Part shown: positions 18,312 to 27,534 of the stretch, piece after piece
How positions within the stretch are numbered: position 1 is the stretch's first letter
Layout of the letters: each line of letters begins with the position of its first letter
Source: a virus
Length of the DNA: 64,000 nucleotides
Virus record (IMG/VR): IMGVR_UViG_3300037258_000282
Location: 32,001 to 96,000 of that record
Reading direction: 5' to 3' (one strand)
Program-made: the position numbers and the translations under genes
The notes under the pieces: generated by a model
The model's database searches: none
Seen by the model: the letters and a program-made list of their open reading frames with translations, nothing else
Told to the model about the DNA's origin: nothing

Positions 18312-18956
18312 ACCACCAGATACCACCGGCTTTGAGTACATCTCCTGCGTCTGATACGTGTGGTTGATGACGACCATCGGTATGTTCTTCATCGGAAGGT
18401 GCGGAGTTACTATCCTGAACAGACTCTTGAGCTGCTTAGCTCGCGTCATATCGGCCGAGGACTTCTGATCCATCGCGTCCTCGACTTCCTTCTTCGACGC
18501 GATATTTCCAATCGAGTCGACCATGATGAAAACGCGATCGCCCTTTTTTAGCTTGGCGAGTTGAGCCGCGATATCAAACTTCAGCTCCTCGATATTGGTC
18601 ACGGGAGTGAGGACGACAGACTTCAGCGATATACCAAACATATCAAAGTATGACTTCGGCGTGCCGAACTCATTGATATAGAACAATATCACTCCATCTG
18701 GATACTTCTTTAAGTACTGAGACGCCAGGAACAAAGCGAAGCCAGACTTGAAGTTCTTTGACACTCCGGCGATTACCGTAAGTCCGGCCGTAAGTCCACC
18801 GTCGACCGAACCCGAGAGGGCCAAATTTATCATCGGCACCGACGTGGGAATGACGTCCCGATCGTTGAATATATCTGAATTTTCCAAAATATCAGTCGTG
18901 CTAATAGTGGAAGTTTCCAGTATCTTTTGCTGGAGGGTCAACTTTTCTGCTGCCAA
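18030..18956 (-). CDS. uvsX: UvsX N-terminal fragment fused to a split-intein N half (93 aa)
   Basis: NLALSG, AGVSKNFKS Walker A, VDSIGNIASKKE, DMTRAK, INHTY, VVSGG|CVAAGT. Confidence 0.92.
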   Translation of the reverse strand: MAAEKLTLQQKILETSTISTTDILENSDIFNDRDVIPTSVPMINLALSGSVDGGLTAGLTVIAGVSKNFKSGFALFLASQYLKKYPDGVILFYINEFGTPKSYFDMFGISLKSVVLTPVTNIEELKFDIAAQLAKLKKGDRVFIMVDSIGNIASKKEVEDAMDQKSSADMTRAKQLKSLFRIVTPHLPMKNIPMVVINHTYQTQEMYSKPVVSGGCVAAGTRVKMADGTLLPMECMSVGSSVVTLDGDMQVTHVWNPETLCDGTPRCFEVEFEDGYKVTVSEDHQFMMDDGSWKLVSDISDRDKLMIC

Positions 18957-18957
18957 G

Positions 18958-19767
18958 TTACGACCTGTCCTTATCTGATAGGATGTTTGGATTGATTACT
19001 ACTATATCACTTCTGCCTGGAAGTGTCAACTTCTTTTGGAGTCCTGAGTTTGCCGCGAGGAGAAGTACGATAGCAAGCGGGTCGAATACTGACACTATGA
19101 CTACTATCAGGTATCTCACGGTCTTATCTAGAGCCGCCTGAGAGTTTTCAGAAAATAGAAGTTGAGCAACGTATAGAAGTGGGCCGGCGTCAGCTGACGC
19201 TTGGCTTACCTTAGACCTCGCGGCGATCAGCTCCTCGCTGTACTGCTGAGACGCGGTGAGGTGCTTATTTCTAGAATCCACTAGAGCTTGCCGAGTCTTG
19301 CGCTGACTCAGCTGCTCTCTAAGTGATAGAGACGCTCGATCGTTCTTGACGAGACTCTCTATAGCCTTATCTATCGCATCTATCTGAGTCTGTTCATCGT
19401 CTATGTAAGTCTTCTCACCTGAGACCTTAGCCTCAAGCAGTTGAATCTGCTCGACGTTACCTATGTTGGCCACTATGACGTGCTCGATGTGGGCCTTGGC
19501 TAGAAACCCATATACTCCCACGTCAGTTATGACTGACAGAACGCATATCGCCGCGATGAGATATGAGCGTATCGCGACAGAGGCCACCGGCCAGTTATGT
19601 TGAACCCACGACGCCGCGACCAGCTTTCCGGCCCCGAGGACGACGCCCATTATAGTCACGGGCCAGTAGGCGCCGACGAAGAGAGTGGTAAGTCCCTGAA
19701 TCGAGAAATACTCAGCTACGCCAGATAGACAGATCGCGACTATGAGGGCTATCGCGCTTACTATCAT
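18958..19767 (-). CDS. conserved multi-pass membrane protein with coiled coil
   Basis: N-terminal hydrophobic helices, GVYGFLAKAH, VFDPLAIVLLLAAN. Confidence 0.65.
   Translation of the reverse strand: MIVSAIALIVAICLSGVAEYFSIQGLTTLFVGAYWPVTIMGVVLGAGKLVAASWVQHNWPVASVAIRSYLIAAICVLSVITDVGVYGFLAKAHIEHVIVANIGNVEQIQLLEAKVSGEKTYIDDEQTQIDAIDKAIESLVKNDRASLSLREQLSQRKTRQALVDSRNKHLTASQQYSEELIAARSKVSQASADAGPLLYVAQLLFSENSQAALDKTVRYLIVVIVSVFDPLAIVLLLAANSGLQKKLTLPGRSDIVVINPNILSDKDRS
19001..19029 (-). promoter_or_regulatory. sigma70-like promoter for uvsX
   Basis: TTGACA-17-TATAGT. Confidence 0.65.
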
Positions 19768-20270
19768 TCGGCGATTAACTTTTCCATCTTCTCAACGAAC
19801 GCCTGAATGGCTGAGACTCTCTGAGAGCCGGGCCAATACACGTAGTCTTTCTCTGAATCCGCACCCAGAGCGCTGAGGAGGGGCATGATCGCCTCATGAA
19901 GATTTCCAAGCTTTTGCTTAGTCACGTCGGCGACCGTAGTGACCGTTTCAAGATGAGCCTGAAGCTCTCTTTCCTTCTGCTTAACCTCACCCTCAGTCAT
20001 GAGTGAGAAGCCAAACGCGTTGTTTGAATCGTAAGTCTGTTCCACTTTTTTTCCTATCTCCATTTTCTCTTCTTTATGATCTTCGCAGTTGCACACTTTA
20101 TACAGCCCGCACGAGCATCCTCCGCCTCGATCATACATAGCCACGTCAAGCTCCGGCGATTGGTTTAAAAGATTCAGGAAGAATGACATTTGGCGGACTT
20201 CCCCTGAAGAAATGGGCAATATCTGTCGGGGTATATCCCGCGAGGCCGCACCCGATCGCTGTAACCTCAA
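19764..20270 (-). CDS. hypothetical protein; true start probably internal
   Basis: FGFSL and KDYVYWP motifs; the 5' part overlaps the next gene. Confidence 0.5.
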   Translation of the reverse strand: MRLQRSGAASRDIPRQILPISSGEVRQMSFFLNLLNQSPELDVAMYDRGGGCSCGLYKVCNCEDHKEEKMEIGKKVEQTYDSNNAFGFSLMTEGEVKQKERELQAHLETVTTVADVTKQKLGNLHEAIMPLLSALGADSEKDYVYWPGSQRVSAIQAFVEKMEKLIAE

Positions 20271-20502
20271 ATGTCATCTCCGTATGCTCTCTAGCGAACT
20301 CAATGAAATCTCTAACATATCTCTCTATCCAATCAAGTGGAAGAGTCCTGAGGTTCGCGTCCTTAGTAGGTATGCCATACGATCTACCCATCAGTCCAGT
20401 AGACCGTCCGTACACCGCGCCCTTGTACTTTTTAGCGTAGAGCGCGGCGCCCTTTCCGTGCCTTCCAGCCAGATTGGAGCCGAAGACGAAGATACTCTCC
20501 AT
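20146..20502 (-). CDS. A1S_2505-like phage protein
   Basis: IFVFGSNLAGRHGKGAA, SYGIPTK, VTAIGCGLAG. Confidence 0.7.
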   Translation of the reverse strand: MESIFVFGSNLAGRHGKGAALYAKKYKGAVYGRSTGLMGRSYGIPTKDANLRTLPLDWIERYVRDFIEFAREHTEMTFEVTAIGCGLAGYTPTDIAHFFRGSPPNVILPESFKPIAGA

Positions 20503-21611
20503 CAGAAGAACCTCTCAAGAGAACTCTTCTTCTCGAGAGTCCAACCGATCACGTCGACTATAGACTTAAGTGGCTCAAGAAACGCCTTATCAAACTGAAG
20601 GTTTCGATCTATGAAGTCCTCAAGTCCAAATTCAACCGGCATCCTCTCAGCTATCGATATCACGTTCTCACCTATTGGGTTTGGAAGTCTAAGGTACGCG
20701 AACTTCACCTTATCGCCATCCGATATGGGCTGAATAGTCTTGAGCCCATGCTCCCGACATAGGTGATTGAAGAGTAGAGCTCCCCTGACGGCAATTGGAG
20801 TCTTATCTCCGTATATCCTCTTATTGTCTGAGTACTTATCCATTCCGTTCACCGACCGGGGAAACGCTATGTCTTCAAACTTCAGTGCGTTGAACTCATC
20901 TCTGAACTTGTCGATAAACGCATATAGCTCTTCCTGACTTCCATGTAATATTATTCCTATGGCCTTCTTAATATTGTCTCGACAGACGTGTGGAGTTGAA
21001 GAGCGCACGGCCTCTATTCCAGACATCTTGATCTCAGGAGGATCGCACTTAACTCCCTCGATGTCCAGGGCTGAGAGAATATACATCTTTTTAGCTTTCC
21101 AGATAGATCTTCCAGCTATGGTTTCTCTCTTCATGTGCATCTTCTGCTGATATGCGCCCATTCTATGTTGAAGTTCGGCGTATATCTTTTCGAGCTTCGG
21201 GGCGATCTTCTCGCTTACGAACCTATCTAGGGCCGCGGTTATCTCGTACTTGTCTTTATCTCGACCTATCAACTCCACGATAGAGTCTAATTCAAGATAG
21301 ATGGAATCAGTATCGGATGCCACGACATAGTCTATTCCAGAAGTCTTGAGTAGAACGTTGATATACTGGTTGAGCTTCTTTTCTGTCCACCTGATCGTAA
21401 GCTGACCTGAAGAAGTCACTGCCTCAGCGTGGTTGAAGTCAAACCAGCGAAAATATTGATTCGCGAGCTAGAGCGCGCCGTAGAACGAGTTGAGAGATGT
21501 CTTCATAGATAACTGAAGATTGTGATACTTCGAGATCTCATTTTTCAACTGTTCACGACGCGCTAAAAGCTCCTCCTTTCTCAAGGCGCTAACCTTTTGC
21601 ACTTCCGTCAT
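20502..21611 (-). CDS. 43B: DNA polymerase gp43 C-terminal subunit, with an in-frame TAG at 21468..21470
   Basis: GGAGGTG SD and ATG at 21611; KTSLNSFYGAL*LANQYFRWF (motif B); SDTDSIY (motif C); C-terminal SSLERFF. Confidence 0.85.
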
Positions 21612-21636
21612 CTATCACCTCCCTCTTAAGTATAGA

Positions 21637-23088
21637 TCAAAGTTTAACTAACTCAGCGTTTACCACCGCCAGCTCCTTCTTGGCGTTGAGCATTAGCTTC
21701 TTATACTTTACTCGTCCATCGTATAGCTTCTGCATGATCTCTGGAAGAAAACCAGACTTGTCCTTCCTATACGCGCAACCATTCGCGGCAAACGAGAAGC
21801 TCTTCCTATCATACTCTGATAGTGGATCTTCGCCCGTAAGCAGTTCATCTATCTTCGGAAAATTATGATACCTAGTTGAGAACATCTCCGGTGAGATATT
21901 GTACTCCATAATTAAATGTGGGTAGAGTGAGTCCAAATCGAGAGACACGACCCACCTAGACTCACCTATCTTCGGCTCCTTGACGTATCCTCCCATGAGG
22001 GAGTCAAACATCGTAGACTTCTTCACCGGAGGAATCACTATACCCTGGTTCATCAAGTGAGAGTGTATGATCATATCAGACGGGCGAAGGGTGGTGAGAG
22101 TATCTATATAGTTGACTTTAGCCAAGTACGCGTAGGCTACGACCTGCTCCAAAAACTTAAGCTTCTCCTCCAGCTTCTCGACTAGAATGCAGTCCCTCAC
22201 GTTGTAGTCTATATACTTCGTAAAGTCTGCTCGGTATATATCCATGAGGTTTCCATACTCAGAGTAGTCCAACTTCTGCTCGTTGAGCTCGACCTTGGAG
22301 ATATAGTCTAGCTTATACGACTCAGAGTTTCCAAACTTAAACTTTCTATAGAGCTGATAGTAGTCCAGAACACTGACTCCAACTATCACGTAGCTGTGAT
22401 TGGTCTTATTGTGGAACGCTACCTCATTTATATCCAAGATCTTCCACGGTGAGAGTCTAAGAGTCCACGACTCACCTATAACCGCTCGTATCCTATTGAT
22501 AAGATATGGAATGTCGAAGAACTCTATGTTCCATCCAGTCACTATATCTGGGGATATAGACTCCCAGCACCTCACTACCATCTGGAGAAGCTCTATCTCA
22601 TCGTGGCACTTCACGTACTCGATCGATGGATCAGTTCCGAGATACTCCTCGCACCCAAATACCATAGACTTACCGCGAAACCTCAGAGTCACTGCCGTGA
22701 TCTCTTGGTCCGCTCGAACTATCGATGGAAATCCTGAGTCAAACTTACACTCCAAGTCTAGAGTGATAGTTCTTATCATAGAGAAGTCGTGCTCTATTAA
22801 GTCTGGAAACTTATCGTATATGTAGAGGTATTGAAAGTTATCCAGCCCGTAGATCTCAAAGTTATCGACGTCTTTGTACTTATCTACGAACGCCTTAGCG
22901 TCCTTGATGCTCGAAAAGTTCATCTTCCCAAACTTACGACCATCTAAAGATCTATACTCTCCCGTTGGAGATGGAACGAACAGGTAGGGCTCGTACTCTA
23001 CGCATTCCTTGACGCGCAGTCCCTTGTCGTATCCGCGGTAAAATATCTTGTTACCGCGCTTAAGTACAGAAGTGTAGAATTCTACCAC
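21637..23088 (-). CDS. 43A: DNA polymerase gp43 N-terminal subunit (exonuclease, motif A, first finger helix)
   Basis: LDLEC, TGWNIEFFDIPY, YNVRDC, GGYVKEP, SLDLDSLYP. Confidence 0.92.
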   Translation of the reverse strand: MVEFYTSVLKRGNKIFYRGYDKGLRVKECVEYEPYLFVPSPTGEYRSLDGRKFGKMNFSSIKDAKAFVDKYKDVDNFEIYGLDNFQYLYIYDKFPDLIEHDFSMIRTITLDLECKFDSGFPSIVRADQEITAVTLRFRGKSMVFGCEEYLGTDPSIEYVKCHDEIELLQMVVRCWESISPDIVTGWNIEFFDIPYLINRIRAVIGESWTLRLSPWKILDINEVAFHNKTNHSYVIVGVSVLDYYQLYRKFKFGNSESYKLDYISKVELNEQKLDYSEYGNLMDIYRADFTKYIDYNVRDCILVEKLEEKLKFLEQVVAYAYLAKVNYIDTLTTLRPSDMIIHSHLMNQGIVIPPVKKSTMFDSLMGGYVKEPKIGESRWVVSLDLDSLYPHLIMEYNISPEMFSTRYHNFPKIDELLTGEDPLSEYDRKSFSFAANGCAYRKDKSGFLPEIMQKLYDGRVKYKKLMLNAKKELAVVNAELVKL

Positions 23089-23293
23089 TTGTCTCTACTC
23101 TCATTTTTAGTCACGATATCGACGTACATCATGATCGTAAGTATAGATAGAGCCATGAAGATATACAGACATGCCATCGCGACGTGGGGCTCCATAGGAT
23201 TGACCTGAGCTATCCCTCGACTAGCGAGAACGTGTCCACCTATCATATTCACGTCGAGACTCTCTCATACAATAATATATCACATATATCGAT

Positions 23294-23506
23294 CTAGTGA
23301 AAGGTCTTTCCTAGAGTCTCCTCAGAGCTGACTACGAGCTTATTACCATCTGGCTCGTAGAAATATAGAGGTGACATCTCTATGTTTCTCCACATCTCGC
23401 CGATCTCCAGGGCCCGAACGAAGGCGTTGTTCGACTCGTCTGGAAACCGCTTGAGATACTCAGTGGCATAATACGTGACGCTCTGCTCGCTGACTTTATA
23501 ATACAT
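23294..23506 (-). CDS. hypothetical protein
   Basis: ORF track. Confidence 0.45.
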   Translation of the reverse strand: MYYKVSEQSVTYYATEYLKRFPDESNNAFVRALEIGEMWRNIEMSPLYFYEPDGNKLVVSSEETLGKTFH

Positions 23507-23578
23507 CGGACTAGAGTCTATGTCTCAGTCAGGATTTGAAATATTAGTATCAACCATGACATGTCCCTCCTAGCGCTT

Positions 23579-23586
23579 GATAAATA
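23579..23586 (+). promoter_or_regulatory. late-type promoter variant for the spanin genes
   Basis: GATAAATA, the same variant as before gp22 and the 10683 gene. Confidence 0.55.
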
Positions 23587-23619
23587 ATCCGAGGCCAACA
23601 CTAATGGAGATAATATCCC

Positions 23620-23991
23620 ATGATATCGATTTTGTCACTACTCACTAACAAGTTCGTCGGCTATGTGGTAACCTTTTTTCTGGTGTCCGGCCTACTAGTC
23701 AGTGGATATTTATACTGGAAGAGCACGGTAGAGGCTGGGGCGCTCGATAAGTTCAACCAGGCTCAGATGGCTCAGGTCGTAGCGGACAACGTTAAGCTAG
23801 CGGCTCAACTGAAGCAACTCCAGAGCGATCAAAATGCTATCGCTTCGACTCTCTCTGCAAAGAACTCTGATCTCGACGCTTCCATCAAGGCCAAGCTGAA
23901 GAACCTGAGCTCTGCCCCAAACGTTAAGGCCGATAAGCTCGCCTCCAAGATACTACGCGATCTAATCGCAAGTCTTCCTCCCACCAACTGA
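23620..23991 (+). CDS. putative i-spanin (Rz-like)
   Basis: N-terminal transmembrane helix plus coiled coil; GGAG SD; followed by a lipoprotein gene. Confidence 0.65.
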   Translation: MISILSLLTNKFVGYVVTFFLVSGLLVSGYLYWKSTVEAGALDKFNQAQMAQVVADNVKLAAQLKQLQSDQNAIASTLSAKNSDLDASIKAKLKNLSSAPNVKADKLASKILRDLIASLPPTN

Positions 23992-23998
23992 GGTATCC

Positions 23999-24283
23999 AT
24001 GTTCAACTTAGTTAAGTACCTGCCTATACTAGGGCTCCTTGGTCTAGGAGCCTGCGAGACCACTCAGGCTAACTTAATTGAGACCCAATTTAAGGTCGCC
24101 GTACCACCGGCAGTGATGTATGACTGCAAGGTAGCCAAGAGACCAGCCGATCCCCAGACTCTCACTGATATAGAAGTCGGAAAATATATAGTTCACCTCT
24201 ATCACAACAACGTCAAGTGCAAGCAGTCTATCGACGCTATTAAAGACTTCGAGACTAAGGCATCTCAAGACGTTGGTAAGTGA
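23999..24283 (+). CDS. putative o-spanin lipoprotein (Rz1-like)
   Basis: Lipobox LGAC, Pro-containing segment, paired Cys. Confidence 0.65.
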   Translation: MFNLVKYLPILGLLGLGACETTQANLIETQFKVAVPPAVMYDCKVAKRPADPQTLTDIEVGKYIVHLYHNNVKCKQSIDAIKDFETKASQDVGK

Positions 24284-24285
24284 GA

Positions 24286-24642
24286 TCAGTCATACGCGGG
24301 AACAATATCATCGTTTCCCCGCGTATCTGATTCATTTTCCACCACTATATACTTAGCTTTTGGATTAAACATCGCGTAGGCGCCGAGTATCTTTCTAGCT
24401 CGGTGAAGCCTCTTTATCACGTCATTTAGAGTTTCATGACAGGCTAAGTCATTATGCCCGCTCTGCAGATCCACGAGAACTGCCTCGAGATTAGAGTCTA
24501 TAGCTCTATCCACGTGTATCATGACATTATTCCCAGACTCATCTGGAACGAAGTGAGTCTCAAGCTCTGGAAATAGAGCCGATCGAATTTTGTCTAGCTC
24601 GACGTTGGGTCTCTTCGATCGAAACCACCGCATCCATCTCAT
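24286..24642 (-). CDS. hypothetical protein
   Basis: ATGA-coupled to regA. Confidence 0.55.
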   Translation of the reverse strand: MRWMRWFRSKRPNVELDKIRSALFPELETHFVPDESGNNVMIHVDRAIDSNLEAVLVDLQSGHNDLACHETLNDVIKRLHRARKILGAYAMFNPKAKYIVVENESDTRGNDDIVPAYD

Positions 24643-25046
24643 CTCTTCACTCTACCTATAGTGTACTTCGACTCGAGAATATAGTCCCTCTTCTCTGAGA
24701 AGGATATAACCTTAATCTGAGACATATCGGCGAGCGGAGAACTGATCTTCTTCAGAGACTGCTCTGGAATTTTAACCAATCCCCACTCTGCTAGAAGCCT
24801 AACTATTCTGTTGCGTCTGGCGATGTCGTCTTCAGTAAAGTTAGTCTCTCGATCGTCGAGAGCGAACATCTCCTTAAATGATACGATAAAGTACCTACCG
24901 CGGCGATGGAAGATGTGGCAGGACTGAAAGAGTTTCTTCTCTCGCCTAGAAAGAATACCTACTCGCGAGAGAGTCTCCTTGATCTTTAAGAAGTCTTCTG
25001 GATCTATCATAACCTCTACTAGAGACTCAAAAACTGTCTCATTCAT
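24639..25046 (-). CDS. regA: translational repressor RegA
   Basis: EDFLKIKETLSRVGI, LFQSCHI, RRNRIVRLLAEWGL, KYTIG. Confidence 0.93.
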   Translation of the reverse strand: MNETVFESLVEVMIDPEDFLKIKETLSRVGILSRREKKLFQSCHIFHRRGRYFIVSFKEMFALDDRETNFTEDDIARRNRIVRLLAEWGLVKIPEQSLKKISSPLADMSQIKVISFSEKRDYILESKYTIGRVKR

Positions 25047-25416
25047 CTAACTCCAGCCTTTTCTTGATTATTTTCTTCTGCTCCGGAGTAAGTATCCTAC
25101 ACGCTTCGCGGGCTCTTACTGTACTATATTTATAGTACAGTCTAACTTGCTCCAAGTATGGCTCGAGTAAGCCCTCTTTCTTCTTAGCAAATCTTCTTCC
25201 GCGGGGAATGGAATTGAATAGATAGTCGTACTGAAGCTGATTGTCCAGTCCGTACCTCAGGTTCATCTCATTCGAGTATAGAACCGTGTCTGGAAACGCC
25301 GACAGAGATCTGTTCATGCGCCACGCGGAATATCCGGTAATGTCACCCACACGGTTCTTCGTGTGGATGGAGTTCTCAAACCGCCAGTCGTATTCATACC
25401 GACTCTCTGACATCAC
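25039..25416 (-). CDS. 62: clamp loader small subunit gp62
   Basis: NRSLSAFPD, NEMN, QYDYLFNSI; position between gp44 and regA. Confidence 0.85.
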   Translation of the reverse strand: MMSESRYEYDWRFENSIHTKNRVGDITGYSAWRMNRSLSAFPDTVLYSNEMNLRYGLDNQLQYDYLFNSIPRGRRFAKKKEGLLEPYLEQVRLYYKYSTVRAREACRILTPEQKKIIKKRLELDE

Positions 25417-25607
25417 GTCATTCTAATCAAGGCGTCAGTGATCGTAACACCTGGAGTCTCTTCATCACGCCATATGCCAGTGGAAGCGTCTCCACCCGCC
25501 CTGATAACGACCCAGTACCTGACTCTGTATGGAAGCAGCATATACGCGACGTACATGCAGAAGCTGTCCCATAACTCATCCAACTTAGAGACCACCTGCC
25601 AACTCAT
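25413..25607 (-). CDS. hypothetical protein inserted between gp44 and gp62
   Basis: ORF track; GAGG SD. Confidence 0.45.
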   Translation of the reverse strand: MSWQVVSKLDELWDSFCMYVAYMLLPYRVRYWVVIRAGGDASTGIWRDEETPGVTITDALIRMT

Positions 25608-25669
25608 CTTTGAACCTCATGCAAAACCAGTTACTATAAATGGTCAATATCTTTCAAGCATTAAAAAAG

Positions 25670-26617
25670 CTAAAGCGGCGTGCACTCGACCATAACTTCC
25701 GTGATAAATGCCAAGAGATTGACCTCCTGGTCTGCGACGAAGGCCGATTGATACTGATACTTTGAGAGAGTGAGTATAAGCATAGGGATGGACGCCTGGG
25801 TGAAGTAAGTGGAGCACTGCTCGTAGAACTTCCTGTATATTCCCACGACGTCGTTATTCATGTTCTGGATCACCCACTGCCTGGCGCTGGAGTAATCCTT
25901 GTTCTTGATGTATATAATCAGCTCTGAGAATACCTCGTCCGTCATGCGAGCGAGTATTCCCGTGTCGATCGTGCCAGACGCTGAGTAAGTCTGGAGCTCA
26001 TTTAGCACTCTTCTCCAGTCTGGAAAATGCTTGGTGATGAGCTCTGCGACTATCGGCTTTTCAAACTTCACTCCCTCGTTGGATAGGATCGCGCAGGTCC
26101 TATGAAAGAAGGCCGACGCCATCTTTGCCTTCTCTTTGGAGTCGAAAGTAAACTCTACGAGAGAGCACCTCGAGTGAAGAGCTGGAATGATCTTATTCTT
26201 ATAGTTGCAGGTAAACATGAACCCGCAATTTCCAGAATACTCCTCCATAAAGTTTCGGAGAGCGGGCTGCGTTGAATTTGGATTGAGAAAGTCGGCCTCG
26301 TCGAGTATGACGTACTTCCTACCCCCGGTAAGTGACACTGAGGAAGCAAAGTTCGCGATCTGATTTCTCAGAGTGTCGATGTTTCCGTCGAGAGATCCAT
26401 TTATCACCATATAGTCTATGCCGAGCTGCTCGCACATAGCTCGCGCCGTGGTGGTCTTTCCTACTCCAGATGTACCCGCGAGGATCAGGTTCGGAATGGC
26501 CCCATTCTTGATGAACTCTCTAAACGACACTTTTATGCGATCTGGGAGTATGGTATCATCGATAGTCTGAGGTCTATACTTTTCTACCCAGAGAAATTCA
26601 TCAGGATTCGATTGCAT
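25670..26617 (-). CDS. 44: clamp loader large subunit gp44
   Basis: LWVEKYRP, GTSGVGKTT, ILDEAD, SRC. Confidence 0.95.
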   Translation of the reverse strand: MQSNPDEFLWVEKYRPQTIDDTILPDRIKVSFREFIKNGAIPNLILAGTSGVGKTTTARAMCEQLGIDYMVINGSLDGNIDTLRNQIANFASSVSLTGGRKYVILDEADFLNPNSTQPALRNFMEEYSGNCGFMFTCNYKNKIIPALHSRCSLVEFTFDSKEKAKMASAFFHRTCAILSNEGVKFEKPIVAELITKHFPDWRRVLNELQTYSASGTIDTGILARMTDEVFSELIIYIKNKDYSSARQWVIQNMNNDVVGIYRKFYEQCSTYFTQASIPMLILTLSKYQYQSAFVADQEVNLLAFITEVMVECTPL

Positions 26618-26798
26618 CGGGGTAAGTCCTTCTCAGATAATCACGATCCTGCTGAAGCATGCTCATGAGAGTGCCCATAGTATCATACTCTCGCCGATAC
26701 TGCTTACTGTCTCGAAGTTGGAAAAAACCGCGATATAGCGCGGCGATCGAATTTTCGATCAGTTCTTCGGTGGCGTCGGCTGGCTCTTCAGTAGTCAT
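26601..26798 (-). CDS. hypothetical protein
   Basis: ORF between gp45 and gp44. Confidence 0.45.
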   Translation of the reverse strand: MTTEEPADATEELIENSIAALYRGFFQLRDSKQYRREYDTMGTLMSMLQQDRDYLRRTYPDAIES

Positions 26799-26809
26799 GA
26801 CAGGTCTCC

Positions 26810-27475
26810 TCAGGCGTACTGCGACTTTTCCTCAAGTGCGATATAATACTGAAGTTTTCTAGACTTAGACGTGAAGTGCGATATTCCCTCACAGATCGTC
26901 ACGTCGTATGCATCTGGAAGCATCTTCAGGTTATCGTACCTGAAGATAGCTCTGAACTTCTTTTGCGTCTCTCCGACCACTAGCGAAAAAGTGTCTCCAA
27001 ATGAGTTCTTAATGTCGAGAGCCGTAATAGTTACGGTGTTACCATCGCCTATTATCGCCAGGTCTGAAAGCCCCATCACGGCGTGAGCCTTGGCGATCGA
27101 CGGAAGGACATCCTCGTTAAGTGAGAACTTCACCACCGCGGGTGGAAGATTGAGGCCATCGGCTTCCGGTGGCATGGGCTTGACTCGTGGATCTCCGTAG
27201 ACGTAAGTCAGCGACCAGCTTTCGGCATCAGATATCTTTACAGTCTTATCTCCAAACTCTAGATCGGGATCAGACATGAGAGACATCGACGACAAAAACC
27301 TGTCGAGCTTCGAGATCGCAAAGGTCGTCGGAAAGTTCGTAGCCACCTCGGCTACTCCAAATATGCTTTTTGAAGCCGAAAGCGTCTTGAGAATTCGACC
27401 CTCTCTAATCAGAATCATGGGATTGATAGCAGCGAAATTCCTCAGTACTACCAGCGTATCTTGATCTATCTTCAT
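26810..27475 (-). CDS. 45: sliding clamp gp45
   Basis: MKI...TL..L.NFA.IN, NLKMLP..YDV, YYIALE. Confidence 0.9.
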   Translation of the reverse strand: MKIDQDTLVVLRNFAAINPMILIREGRILKTLSASKSIFGVAEVATNFPTTFAISKLDRFLSSMSLMSDPDLEFGDKTVKISDAESWSLTYVYGDPRVKPMPPEADGLNLPPAVVKFSLNEDVLPSIAKAHAVMGLSDLAIIGDGNTVTITALDIKNSFGDTFSLVVGETQKKFRAIFRYDNLKMLPDAYDVTICEGISHFTSKSRKLQYYIALEEKSQYA

Positions 27476-27487
27476 ATGTTTCTCGCT

Positions 27488-27530
27488 CTCTATGATATAT
27501 CGCGATATATCATAGAGTCTCTATGATATA
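27488..27530. repeat. three alternating copies of CTCTATGATATA, including a 30-bp perfect palindrome
   Basis: Copies at 27488-27499 (+), 27506-27517 (-), 27519-27530 (+). Confidence 0.85.
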
Positions 27531-27534
27531 ACAT

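Noticed and set aside
21465-21473. Group I intron or intein at the gp43B stop
   Set aside because: The insertion is only 6 nt; no register gives a U-ending exon with a G-ending intron, and there are no intein motifs
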